64,000 bases of DNA. Source: an uncultured delta proteobacterium. GTDB taxonomy: Bacteria > Desulfobacterota > Desulfuromonadia > Geobacterales > Pseudopelobacteraceae. Below are positions 20,013 to 30,690 of the stretch, piece after piece. The notes under the pieces were generated by a model that worked only from the letters and a program-made list of their open reading frames with translations, had not been told where the DNA came from and made no database searches. The first letter of the stretch is position 1; the number at the start of each line of letters is the position of its first letter. A program made the position numbers and the translations under genes. Where the stretch lies: assembly GCA_963772835.1 (NCBI GenBank), contig CAVYYZ010000008.1:323652-387651 (forward strand), in the 5' to 3' direction.

Positions 20013-20651
20013 TCAGACGGCAAAAACGTGCTGAACGATCTCGGCATGGTGTGTGATACGGGCAAGCCCGGGCAGGTGTGACTTATAAGAAATGAAAGGG
20101 ATCCCGGCGCTTTTGGCAGCCTGCATATCCACCTCGCCGTCGCCAATAAAAAGAGCCTCATCCGGCGCCGCCTCAAAATAGTCAAGCACCTTAAGGAGCG
20201 GTTCCGGGTGGGGCTTCGGGTGAGTAACCTGCGACGCCGTCATGACGTATTCGAAATAGCCGGTCAAGCCGAAATCCTCGATTATCATATCCATCGAAGT
20301 CGCCCTGTTAGTGCAGATTGCCAGCGATGTGTGCCCCTTAAGTTGATCAAGGGCGTTGATAAAGCCATCCTCCATCCGCATGTACGGCATCAAATCGCGA
20401 TAGTGGATAGTCTTGGCAAACCTGAGGGCATTTTCCCGCTGCGGATCACCGGCAAAAAAATATTCCATCACATTATTGAACGAATACGTATGAAGAACCC
20501 TTTCGGCATCTTCGTTACTCCGGTCAATATCCGGCCTGCCAAGAAATCCCATGACACGATTATAAAAAATGTAGTTGGATTCAATTGAGTCAAGAATCAC
20601 GCCATCACAGTCATAAATGACCACTTTATAGCGACTTTTTAGTTTATTCAC
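20013..20651 (-). CDS. HAD-family hydrolase (phosphoglycolate phosphatase-like)
   Basis: DCDGVILDS, KPHPEP, IGDGEVD. Confidence 0.9.
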   Translation of the reverse strand: MNKLKSRYKVVIYDCDGVILDSIESNYIFYNRVMGFLGRPDIDRSNEDAERVLHTYSFNNVMEYFFAGDPQRENALRFAKTIHYRDLMPYMRMEDGFINALDQLKGHTSLAICTNRATSMDMIIEDFGLTGYFEYVMTASQVTHPKPHPEPLLKVLDYFEAAPDEALFIGDGEVDMQAAKSAGIPFISYKSHLPGLARITHHAEIVQHVFAV

Positions 20652-20961
20652 CTGTAGACTCCGATGTCTGACCTGCTTGTCTGTCTAAAAATTCGTCCCA
20701 CTCAATCGGGAGCAGATATTTCTTGCGGCTGTTGCACTCCTTGCAGGCCGGCACCACATTGTTGCGGGACGCTTTCCCGCCTCTCGAAACAGGAACCAGA
20801 TGATCCATAGTCAACTCCTCCGGGGGAAAGTTCCCCCCGCAATAGTGGCAATGTCCCAGAGCAAGGCGATTTTGCCACCAGCGACTCTTGCGAAGCTCTC
20901 TGGATTTCTCCCGCTCTCTCTTTACTTCTGCTTCGCTGATTTCCTGAATAAAGTGGTCCAT
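20644..20961 (-). CDS. HNH endonuclease family protein
   Basis: CHYC..TMDHLVPVSRGG..NVVPACKECN. Confidence 0.88.
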   Translation of the reverse strand: MDHFIQEISEAEVKREREKSRELRKSRWWQNRLALGHCHYCGGNFPPEELTMDHLVPVSRGGKASRNNVVPACKECNSRKKYLLPIEWDEFLDRQAGQTSESTGE

Positions 20962-21126
20962 AAACCATGGCCTTTCTCGAAATCGATGTATCATTACGCA
21001 GAGAGAATATCTGAAAACAGCAGAATATGGTAGTGATAACCGTGCTCAGACTTTGGATGTCTCCGCTGCGATCAAAAAAATGGTTGATATATTCCGCCCG
21101 GTAGGTTATAAAGCCAGTTCTTAAAT

Positions 21127-21203
21127 GCGCTTGTAGCTCAGCTGGATAGAGCAACGGACTACGAATCCGTAGGTCGGGCGTTCGAATCGCTCCAGGCGCA
21201 CCA
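21127..21203 (+). tRNA. tRNA-Arg (anticodon ACG)
   Basis: 77-nt cloverleaf with encoded CCA; anticodon arm ACGGA-CTACGAA-TCCGT; TTCGAA T-loop. Confidence 0.97.
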
Positions 21204-21210
21204 TAAATTC

Positions 21211-21243
21211 AGGCACTTACGTTAATTCGTGAGTGCCTTTTTT
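21211..21243 (+). terminator. Terminator after tRNA-Arg
   Basis: AGGCACTTAC..GTGAGTGCCT plus T-run. Confidence 0.8.
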
Positions 21244-21635
21244 GTTGGCGATGCCTGTATTCATCCTTTATTCATACTTTTGCTGTTCGCTACCCCACCA
21301 TATCGTTCGTTAAACATAACAGCCGCCCCTGAAACTATCAAGAGCGGTCTGTCCTTGTCTGGACTACAGTATCTGCATTGGAAAATATCACAAAGAAATG
21401 AGATCATACCAATCAAAGGCTGGAAATCTGCCCTGAATCAATTCAGCATTATATTTGGCGGAAGGATGCCACATTATTAAGCCTCTGAGGTCAATGCCTA
21501 TTCCTGCATTTATTATTTTAATTATTTATGATAGAGCTATAGTTACTGCACTATAATTATGTTTTAAGAGCGGCCTCAAGTGGCAACACTTTTGTTGGCA
21601 GGGTTTTCTATATGTAAATTTTATTAGGAGACACC

Positions 21636-23360
21636 TTGAACGCACTGATCTCAATTACCTCAAAAATATGCGGTATTTTCACAAAAATGTGCCGCTATGT
21701 CCTGACCTGTTTCCTTTTGATTTTGATTTTGATTGTTTCGACTGCTGCTCACTCTAGCGGTGACGGCCTTCTCACTCCGGAAGAACAGCGTTGGCTCAAT
21801 GAAAACAAGTCACGTATCGTCATTGCAGTTGAAACCGGTTACCCACCCTACGTATTTCTCGATTCAAAAGGCAAACCATCCGGTCTCGCCCACGACTATC
21901 TACTCAAAATTGAATCGAAACTTGGCGTCAACTTCTCTCAGATACAATTATCAAATCTGGATGAAATCTTCTCAAAGGTTCGTAATGGTGAAGTCCAGAT
22001 AGTCAATGCTGTAACCAAAACCCCCGCCAGATCAGAATTTCTCTCTTTCACAGAACCGTTCATCTCGGTGCCGAACGTTATTATAGTGCGTAAAGAACGA
22101 TCAGGAGAGATGCTGGAGAACGATCTTTCAGGGTTGAAGGTGTCACTCGTAGACAAATATGCCATCACGGAGCACCTTTCAAAAGCAGGAACCGGCATAG
22201 TTGTAGATATTGTTCCCAATGATCTCACAGCTCTCCTGAATGTTTCTTTTGGGCAATCCGATGCCGCCGTAATCGATCTTGCTACAGCCTCCTATCTGAT
22301 ATCTCAAAAGGGCATTACAAACCTGCGTGTGGCGGGCGAAGCGTCCCGTAGCATACAGCTTTCGATGGCTGTTCCTCATTCCGAGGCTATTCTGCAGAAC
22401 ATTATCCAGAAAGGTCTTAATTCAATCACTGAGGCAGAGCAGCACAAAATTCGTGACAAATGGATTCACTCTGAGAAAAGGGATATTCTTTCAGACTGGC
22501 GTTTCTGGGCTTTCGTTGGCTGTACACTTTTTGTTATCTGTTCGCTGATAATCGGAAGTTTGATCTGGAATAAGATGCTGAGAAGGCAGGTTGCTCAGCG
22601 TACCAGTGAACTGGCAAAAGGACAGGAGGCCCTACGGCAAAGCGAATCAAGACACCGGACAATGGTTGAAAGTATTACAGATGTTATCGCCATCGTAGAC
22701 CAGAACGGAATAAACAAATACAAAAGTCCAAATATCGAAAAATTATTCGGCTGGCGTCAAGATGAAGTTGTTGGTCAAGACACATGGAAACACATTCACC
22801 CTGATGATCTGGCCGCAGAGCAGAAAAACTTTGCGGATCTGCTGTGTGAGGGAAACAGATCTATTATGTCAGAATGCCGCTATCTGTGCAAGGATGGCAG
22901 TTATAAATGGATTGAACATACCGCCGCCAATTTACTGCATGACCCTGACATTTCCGGAGTTTTGTTGAGTTATCACGATATCACCGAGCGCAAAAGGGCT
23001 GAGGATGAACTGCGTGAAAGTGAAGCATACAATCGGATGCTCTTTGATCAATCACCGATTGGTCTTGCGCTTACTCGCATGGACGGTGCGCTGGTTGATG
23101 TAAATCAGGCGTATGCCGACATTATCGGCAGAACCATTGATGAAACGTTTAATCTGACCTACTGGGATGTAACACCTGAAAAATATTCTTTACAGGAACA
23201 GGAGCAGCTAACAGCACTTAACACGGTGGGTGAGTATGGGCCATATGAAAAAGAATATATTCATAAGGACGGGCACCTTGTACCAGTCTTACTGCAGGGC
23301 TTACTGATCGAACGTAATGGCGAAAAATATATCTGGTCTAGGAGTCTGTCGGGCTTATAG
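21636..23360 (+). pseudogene. 5' part of an IS-interrupted hybrid sensor histidine kinase (periplasmic SBP-type domain, TM, PAS domains)
   Basis: AGGAG plus TTG start; SBP_bac_3-like domain and two PAS/PAC; broken at KYIWS by the IS, last 6 residues read into the IS junction. Confidence 0.88.
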
Positions 23361-25022
23361 CACGCCAACATGACTGGTTCCGCTTAAATTAGCATAACAA
23401 CTTGATATTATTGGATTAAGTATCATTTTTTTCTTGCTTTTTCATTGGTTTCCATGTAGGTTACGCCTGTAATATCAGCTGGTTAGATATTGGAGGCGTG
23501 CATGGAACCCAATTTTTTAGAGGTGGATCGAGAGACTCTGTATCTTCTGCCACCTTCAGTGCAGGACTGGTTGCCCGAAGGGCACCTGGCCCGGTTTGTC
23601 GTCGAGATTGTAGAACAACTCGACCTACGTTCTTTGAAAGCATCATATGCCGGTCGTGGTTCCCAGCCGTACAATCCTGCAATGCTTCTGGCGCTTCTCT
23701 TCTACGGTTACTCTACCGGTGTATTTTCCAGTCGGAAACTGGAGCGCAGCACATATGACTCGGTAGCATTTCGGTTCATTGCAGCAAACCGTCATCCTGA
23801 TCACGACACCATTGCCACATTCAGGAAGCGGTTCCTGAAAGAGCTTTCCGGTTTATTCGTTCAGATTCTGCTGATTGCCCGCCAGATGAACATGCTGAAG
23901 TTGGGCAGCGTCAGCCTGGATGGCAGCAAGGTTAAGGCAAATGCCTCCAAACACAAAGCCTTGAGTTATGAGCATGCCTGCAAACTGGAAGTACAGCTCA
24001 AATCGGAAGTTGCAGAGCTTCTCAAGAGAGCTGAATCAGCCGACAAAGCTGACATTCCTGATGGCATGAGCGTTCCAGAAGAACTTCAGCGTCGTGAACA
24101 ACGTCTTTCTGGCATTGCCGCCGCCAAGGCCGAGATTGAACGTCGTGCTGCCGAGCATCATACTCGTGAGCAGGCTGCATACGAGGAGAAGGTCGCTGCA
24201 CGGGCAAAGAAGGCAGAAGAAACCGGCAAGAAACCGAAAGGCAAACAGCCCAAACCACCGACAGCGGGTCCAAGCTCCAAAGATCAGGTCAACCTGACGG
24301 ATGAAGAGTCCCGTATCATGCCGGTCTCTGGCGGCGGCTTTGAGCAGACCTACAATGCCCAAGCTGCTGTTGATACTGAATCAAAGCTGATAGTAGCTGC
24401 CCATATAACCCAGCAGTCCAACGATAAACAGGAACTTGAACCAACCCTGAGAAATCTGGCTGCCTTACCAAAGCAACTCGGCACAGTCACCGAGCTACTT
24501 GCCGACAGTGGCTACTTCAGCGAGACCAACGTCAATGCCTGCGTAGGTGAAGAGATAACGCCATACATCGCAGTAGATCGGCAAAGCCATAACCGGTCAC
24601 TGTGGGAACGCTTTAAGGAACCGCCACCACTGCCCGATGATGCTGATTCAGTAACCACAATGAAACACCGATTAAAAACCAAGGCTGGCAAGGCAGTATA
24701 TGCACTTCGCAAGGTAACCTCAGAACCGGTCTTTGGCATAATCAAGGCGGTCATGGGATTCCGTAGCTTCATGCTGCGCGGCAAAGATTCAGCAGAGGGA
24801 GAATGGAACCTCGCCTGCATGGCGTACAACATCAAACGGATGCATAGCTTGAAAATGGCTTGAGAAAGAGCAAAACATCATATGTTCAGGGAAACTAGCA
24901 TACAAACTACACTTGAACCAATCCACGTGTCGAAACTGAATCTGTAGACGGATCAGGATCAACCAGCGGATTCAAATTACGGGTCTAACCAATTCGGCTA
25001 AAAACTCAAGGCCGACAGACTC
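23342..25022 (+). mobile_element. IS1182-family insertion sequence (1681 bp)
   Basis: 15-bp terminal inverted repeats GAGTCTGTCGGGCTT / AAGGCCGACAGACTC (1 mismatch); CTAG at both 23338-23341 and 25023-25026. Confidence 0.93.
23502..24863 (+). CDS. IS1182-family DDE transposase
   Basis: LLPPSVQDWLPEGHLARFV, SSRKLE, PDHDTIATFR, LDGSKVKANAS, ADSGYFS, EPVFGIIK; GGAGG RBS. Confidence 0.93.
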   Translation: MEPNFLEVDRETLYLLPPSVQDWLPEGHLARFVVEIVEQLDLRSLKASYAGRGSQPYNPAMLLALLFYGYSTGVFSSRKLERSTYDSVAFRFIAANRHPDHDTIATFRKRFLKELSGLFVQILLIARQMNMLKLGSVSLDGSKVKANASKHKALSYEHACKLEVQLKSEVAELLKRAESADKADIPDGMSVPEELQRREQRLSGIAAAKAEIERRAAEHHTREQAAYEEKVAARAKKAEETGKKPKGKQPKPPTAGPSSKDQVNLTDEESRIMPVSGGGFEQTYNAQAAVDTESKLIVAAHITQQSNDKQELEPTLRNLAALPKQLGTVTELLADSGYFSETNVNACVGEEITPYIAVDRQSHNRSLWERFKEPPPLPDDADSVTTMKHRLKTKAGKAVYALRKVTSEPVFGIIKAVMGFRSFMLRGKDSAEGEWNLACMAYNIKRMHSLKMA

Positions 25023-25027
25023 CTAGC

Positions 25028-26578
25028 GTGGAAGACATCACCGATCGAAAAAATGCGGAGGAAGCATTATGGAAAGAGAAGGCTTTCCTGCGCTCACTCA
25101 TCGATTCGGCCTTCGATCTCATTTACTTCAAAGACATCAATAGCCTCTATCTCGGCTGCAACAAAGCATCTGAATTATTTTCCGGAATTTCTGAAGCGGA
25201 GCAAATTGGCAAATCTGACTTTGATTTTTTTGACAAGGAAACGGCAGAGCGTATTCTGACCAGTGACCAAGAGGTTTTGAAAGGTGGAGTTTCGGTCCAT
25301 CTGGAAGAGTCGGTCATAGCCGCTGATGGAAACAGATTGATTCTGGACACAGTGAAGGCTCCAATCCTGGGAAAAGAGGGGCAACCCATTGGCCTTGTGG
25401 GGATATCTCGTGACATCACCAGTCAACGCAAGGCAGAGCAGCAATTACTACAGACTCAGAAATTGGAATCGATAGGAAGCCTGGCCGGTGGAGTTGCCCA
25501 TGACTTCAACAACTTGCTGACGGTTATTATGGGACACGTTCAGCTTGGCCTCATGAAGTTGGATACAAATCACCCCATCAGTAATCATCTTAAGGAAATT
25601 ATGAATACGGCAGAACGTTCAGCCGATCTCACACGGCAGCTACTTGCGTTTGCCAGAAAGCAGGTTATTTCACCGAAAATTATTGACCTTAATGAGGTGA
25701 TAGATGGAATGCTCAAGATGCTGCGGCGACTCATTGGGGAGGATATTCATCTTGCATGGCATCCTGCACCAGGCCTGTGGCAGATAAAGGCTGATCCAAG
25801 CCAGATAGACCAGATTCTTGCCAATCTCTGTGTCAATGCCAGGGATGCCATTAAGGGTACCGGGCGGATCACAATTGAGACCCGGAACAACACCGTTGAT
25901 TCCAGCTATTGTGAAGTAAACCCGGATGCGGTTCCCGGTGAGTACGTGCATTTGAGTATCAGTGACGATGGTAGTGGCATGGATAAGGAAACGATGGCCC
26001 GTGTATTTGAACCATTTTTCACTACAAAAGGCATCGGTGAAGGCACTGGACTCGGTTTGGCCACCGTGTACGGTATTGTCAAGCAGAACAACGGATTTAT
26101 CAATATCTACAGTGAACCAGGGAAGGGCACAACTTTTACTATTCATCTCCCACGGGAAGTGAGTGAAATTCAAAAATCTCTGACTGAGACAAAGACGGCA
26201 CCACTACCAAAAGGTCATGAGACAATACTGTTAGTGGAAGACGAACCGGCAATATTGTATACAACCTCGCAGCTGCTCGAAATGCAGGGTTATACACTGC
26301 TGACTGCAGGAACACCCGGTGAAGCCATGCGTCTGGCACTCGAACATGCTGGAGAGATCAATCTACTCATAACCGATGTGATCATGCCTGAGATGAATGG
26401 CAAGGACTTGGCCAATAGGCTTCAGTCCTTGAATCCTCTGCTCAAGTGCCTCTTTATGTCAGGCTACACGGCAAATGTCATAGCTCAGCATGGAGTGCTT
26501 GATGAAGGAGTGTGTTTTATCCAGAAACCGTTCTCGTTACCAAACCTGGCAGCAAAAGTGCGTGGAGTGCTTGGATAG
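25028..26578 (+). pseudogene. 3' part of the IS-interrupted hybrid kinase (PAS, HisKA, HATPase, receiver)
   Basis: AGGVAHDFNNLL H-box, FEPFFTTK, GTGLGL, REC (LVEDE, TDVIMP); in frame with the 5' part once the IS and one CTAG are removed. Confidence 0.88.
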
Positions 26579-26621
26579 TAATTCTGAGAAATTTTGTTTT
26601 TTGGACACAAAGGTGTCAAAA

Positions 26622-26865
26622 AGGCCTGTAAATATGATTGTGTAGATGCTTTTTAGGTGAGATAAAAGTCGGTATTGTCAAACAATAAAAAAGCTATTGT
26701 AAACCCTCCAAAGTCCTCTTCAGAAACTCCCGCAACTGGGCAAAGCGGTGCGGTTTGCTTAAAAAACCAGCAATGAATTGCCTTGTGAACATCTGTTGGA
26801 TAAGAGAACAGCGGAATGCCCCCCGCCCAGTTGTTACGCCATAATTTTGACCATTCTTCTGCCAT
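26622..26865 (-). mobile_element. Degenerate IS256-family remnant
   Basis: Peptide WRNNWAGGIPLFSYPTDVHKAI resembles the IS256 transposase C-terminal region; GGCCTGTAAATATGATTGTGTA resembles an IS256 terminal repeat (both from recall). Confidence 0.5.
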
Positions 26866-26901
26866 TTTTCCAGTGGTTTCATCCTTACTGAAACGGATAC
26901 C

Positions 26902-28119
26902 ATGCCCACTACGGATCGAAATATTGTACTGCTTTTTACCACCCGCACCCTCCGGCTCTTCGGGTATGGCTTTCTTTCCGTCGTACTCGCCCTTTATCTT
27001 TCGGAATCAGGTTTTGACAACTTTTTCATGGGATTATTGTTCTCGTTAACGCTTGTCGGCGATGCGGGAATCTCGCTTCTGCTTACTACTGCAGCTGACC
27101 GTTTCGGCCGTAAGAAAACACTCGTCATTGGAGCTGTCCTCATGATGGCGGCCGGGGTTGTTTTTGTTCTGACGAGCAATCCCCTGCTTCTCATCCTTGC
27201 CGCAATCATTGGCGTGATAAGTCCGAGCGGAAACGAAATAGGCCCCTTCCTTCCCGTTGAGCAGGCGATGCTCTCCCAGCTTGTTTCAAAAGAACGGCGA
27301 ACGGGACTCTTTGCCTGGTATAATCTGGCCGGGTCACTGGCAACGGCATTCGGCGCGCTTGCCGGAGGAGTCCTTTCAAAAACGCTGCAAAACGGCGGCA
27401 TGAGCCCGCTTGATTCATATCGTGTTATTCTACTTGGCTATGCTCTCATCGGTGGAGTTTTGGCGCTTGTATTTACCGGGCTTTCAAAGGAGTGTGAGAC
27501 AACACTGTCTGCATCTCATGTCGTGCCGAGAAACCGGGTCGGCCTGCACAAGTCCCGTGGAGTGATATTCAAACTGTCGATGCTCTTTTCACTGGATGCA
27601 TTTGCGGGGGGCTTTGTCCTGCAGAGTTTCATGGCATACTGGTTTCATATCCGTTACGGGTCGGATGAAGCAATGTTGGGGGGGATATTCTTTGGGGCCA
27701 ATCTGCTCGCCGGCTTTTCGGCGCTTCTTGCCGTGCCGCTCGCAAAAAAAATCGGGCTGATTCGAACTATGGTGTTTACCCATCTGCCTTCTAATATTCT
27801 TCTTATACTTGTTCCGCTTATGCCGAATTACCCGCTTGCAATCAGCGTCCTTCTATTGCGGTTCAGTATCTCACAGATGGACGTACCGACCCGCCAGGCC
27901 TACACGATGGCCGTGGTCGCTCCGGATGAGCGTTCTGCCGCAGCCGGCATAACCGGTATCGCCCGCTCGGTCGGGGCGTCGCTTTCTCCCGTTGTTGCCG
28001 GTGCTCTGTTGTCGGTGTTTCTGAGTAGCCCGTTTATAATCGCCGGTGGGCTGAAGATTGTGTATGATCTTATCCTGTTCAGAAATTTCAAGGCGTCCAG
28101 GGTGTCAGACGAGTTCTAG
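26902..28119 (+). CDS. Major facilitator superfamily transporter
   Basis: About 12 hydrophobic segments; ADRFGRK motif A; SQMDVPTRQAY. Confidence 0.9.
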   Translation: MPTTDRNIVLLFTTRTLRLFGYGFLSVVLALYLSESGFDNFFMGLLFSLTLVGDAGISLLLTTAADRFGRKKTLVIGAVLMMAAGVVFVLTSNPLLLILAAIIGVISPSGNEIGPFLPVEQAMLSQLVSKERRTGLFAWYNLAGSLATAFGALAGGVLSKTLQNGGMSPLDSYRVILLGYALIGGVLALVFTGLSKECETTLSASHVVPRNRVGLHKSRGVIFKLSMLFSLDAFAGGFVLQSFMAYWFHIRYGSDEAMLGGIFFGANLLAGFSALLAVPLAKKIGLIRTMVFTHLPSNILLILVPLMPNYPLAISVLLLRFSISQMDVPTRQAYTMAVVAPDERSAAAGITGIARSVGASLSPVVAGALLSVFLSSPFIIAGGLKIVYDLILFRNFKASRVSDEF

Positions 28120-28126
28120 CGTAGCA

Positions 28127-30625
28127 TCACGTCTTCCTGATCTTTAACTCTTCCGTCTCGATCCACGCATCGATTGCAGCAGGCGCCATTGGCCGTGCAA
28201 TCAGGAAGCCCTGCCCAAACTGGCAGTTCAGTCCCTTTATCTGATCAAGTTGATGGTCCAGTTCCACCCCTTCGGCAATGACATCAAAATTAAGACTTTT
28301 AGCCAGTGAAATAATCGACGTAATGATCTCCTGGTTTCCGCCTTGGGCGGTCAGCTTGTTAATGAAAGAGCGGTCGATCTTGAGGGCGTCTATTGGAAGG
28401 CTGTGCAGATAACTGAGAGACGAATAGCCTGTGCCGAAGTCGTCTATGTGGATGTGTACTCCCATGTCACGAAGCTTGTTCAATGTTGCTATCGCCATAT
28501 CAATATTTTCCATCAGCATGGTTTCTGTGATTTCGATTGCCAGGGTGTGCGGGGCAATTCCCGTCTCCTGAATAATTCCGGTCACGATTTCGGCAAGATT
28601 CTCATGTGCGAACTGTTTGCCCGAAATATTGATACTCATCTTCAGCGGGGGGTGAGAGGGAATCCGCGTTTGTAACACCTTCAGTTCCCGGCATGCCTCT
28701 CGCAGAATCCATTCACCGATCTTGACAATCAGTCCGGTTTCCTCGGCCAGGGGGATGAACTCCATGGGATACACGGTACCCCTTGTAGGATGCATCCATC
28801 GTACGAGAGCCTCAAAACCGACCAGTCGATGTGTTTTTACGTCAATAATCGGCTGGTAGACCATGGTCAGCTGATTATGATCCAGGACGCCGTGTAAATC
28901 TGCTTCAAGCTGGATCCGGTCAAGGATGCTCGCATGCATACCGGTGTCGAAAATCTCGGATGATGAGTTGCCTCGTTTTTTCGCTTCATACATGGCGATG
29001 TCGGCATCGCGCAGAACCTGTTCCGCCCGTTCATAACGATCAGAACCGATGGCAATTCCGATGCTTACGGCCGCATAGACCTCATGCCCCTCAATCAAGA
29101 ATGGTATTGACAGGGTGTAATGAATCCGGTCGGCAACTTCAATCGCATCCTTCAGTTCATTGATATCCTCCAGCAGGACGGAAAACTCGTCTCCACCGAG
29201 TCGGGCGACCGTGTCCCCCGGTCTGATGCATTCGGATAACTTTTTGCCTACTGCAACGAGAAGCTTGTCCCCGACGAGGTGGCCAAGGCTGTCATTAACA
29301 ATTTTGAAACGGTCCATATCAAGAAAAAGAACGGCATAGAGTTCACCACTCCTGCGGGCTGACGTGGTGATAACATGCTGGAGGCGATCCATGAACAGAG
29401 AGCGGTTAGGCAGATCTGTCAGGGCATCATGGAAGGCGTTATACACAAGCTGCTCTGTTGCTGTTTTCTGCGACATTATGTCCGTCTGGGAGCCGGACAT
29501 ACGGTAGGCCTGCCCGGAATCGTTCCTGACAGCCATACCGCGGGTCAACATCCAGTGGTATGTTCCGTCCTTATGCAATATGCGGAACTCGTTTTCCAAA
29601 TGAGAGTTGCGGCCGCTGATATGGGCGGCGATTCGGGCCTCTGTTTCGGGGCGGTCATCGGTATGGACACGGCCGAGCCACTCCTCCGGCAAATTGCCGA
29701 TCTCATCGTCAGCATAGCCGAGCATCGATTTCCAACGACTGGAAAAGTATATGGTGCCTTTCCGTAAATCCCAATCCCACAGCCCGTCGTTCGAGCCCTG
29801 GGCCGCGAGGGCATAGCGTTCATCACTCTCGCGGAGGGCTTCTTCAGATTTTCTGCGTTCTGAAATCTCCTCCTCCAGCTTTGCATAGCCGTTGTGGAGG
29901 GATTTGCTCATATCATTAAAATGTGTGGTCAGCTCGCCAAATTCTGTTTTGTCACTGTAGTCGATAGTGTATCCAAGCTTCCCGGAAGCAATCATACGCG
30001 TGGCGTCGAGCAGTGCATCGATGGGCCGGGTAATGGCCCTGGTCAGGTACATGGCGACAATAATGCCGAGGACGAGAGCCAGCAGCATTGAGGCGATGAG
30101 GACCGTCTGTATTCTCCCCATTCTCTGAGTGGCATCAGCCGTCACGGCTTTGAGCCGAGTGCTCGCCAGCTGTGACATCTCTTCGGTCTTGACGAGTAGT
30201 TTATTTCCGATGCCGGCCGCTTCAAGTTTATTTGTTTGGATCAGGGTGGAATTGGCCGACGCCGTTATATAGAAGCTTAAGGCCTCCTGATACTCTCCGA
30301 TGAGGGAGCTTATCCCTTCGATCTTCCGTGCGATTTCGGGGGTGTGATGGCATGATGTGCAGGTCCTGGCAGCCAGTTCGAGGTTTGAAACATTATCGAT
30401 AATGCTGTCAAGGTTGTTGCCGAGTTCGGTGTTAACGGTATAGAGGTCTGACTGTACCGTCTGGATTGATCTGATCAACTGTTGACGGAGGGTCTCAATC
30501 TGATGGAGTTTAATAAGACGGCTGAGTATATCGTTCGTATTTTTGACATGCACGTAGGCAAACACTGCACCGAGTGAAGAGATCAGAAATATCAATAAAA
30601 AGGATAGGATTATTTTCTGTTTCAT
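28127..30625 (-). CDS. Membrane diguanylate cyclase/phosphodiesterase: periplasmic CxxCH domain, HAMP, PAS, GGDEF, EAL
   Basis: Two TMs flanking CTSCH; HAMP; NDGLWDW PAS; RPGD..GGDEF; EAL; DDFGTGYSS. Confidence 0.92.
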   Translation of the reverse strand: MKQKIILSFLLIFLISSLGAVFAYVHVKNTNDILSRLIKLHQIETLRQQLIRSIQTVQSDLYTVNTELGNNLDSIIDNVSNLELAARTCTSCHHTPEIARKIEGISSLIGEYQEALSFYITASANSTLIQTNKLEAAGIGNKLLVKTEEMSQLASTRLKAVTADATQRMGRIQTVLIASMLLALVLGIIVAMYLTRAITRPIDALLDATRMIASGKLGYTIDYSDKTEFGELTTHFNDMSKSLHNGYAKLEEEISERRKSEEALRESDERYALAAQGSNDGLWDWDLRKGTIYFSSRWKSMLGYADDEIGNLPEEWLGRVHTDDRPETEARIAAHISGRNSHLENEFRILHKDGTYHWMLTRGMAVRNDSGQAYRMSGSQTDIMSQKTATEQLVYNAFHDALTDLPNRSLFMDRLQHVITTSARRSGELYAVLFLDMDRFKIVNDSLGHLVGDKLLVAVGKKLSECIRPGDTVARLGGDEFSVLLEDINELKDAIEVADRIHYTLSIPFLIEGHEVYAAVSIGIAIGSDRYERAEQVLRDADIAMYEAKKRGNSSSEIFDTGMHASILDRIQLEADLHGVLDHNQLTMVYQPIIDVKTHRLVGFEALVRWMHPTRGTVYPMEFIPLAEETGLIVKIGEWILREACRELKVLQTRIPSHPPLKMSINISGKQFAHENLAEIVTGIIQETGIAPHTLAIEITETMLMENIDMAIATLNKLRDMGVHIHIDDFGTGYSSLSYLHSLPIDALKIDRSFINKLTAQGGNQEIITSIISLAKSLNFDVIAEGVELDHQLDQIKGLNCQFGQGFLIARPMAPAAIDAWIETEELKIRKT

Positions 30626-30690
30626 TTTCCGGTCACCAACACGAACAGTCTCTTCGCAAAATGTACTGATTTCCTGTGTGGCACAAAAAC

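Noticed and set aside
20644..20961. HNH gene (and the YajD-like HNH at 42545) as mobile or defence nucleases
   Set aside because: Both look like small stand-alone HNH proteins among housekeeping genes, with no methylase, intron or other defence partner adjacent.
21575..21615. Sigma-54 promoter upstream of the split kinase
   Set aside because: TGGCA is present but the -12 TTGC element is not at the required spacing.
21127..26900. Prophage or integrative element at tRNA-Arg
   Set aside because: No integrase, no phage genes and no duplicated tRNA 3' end seen.
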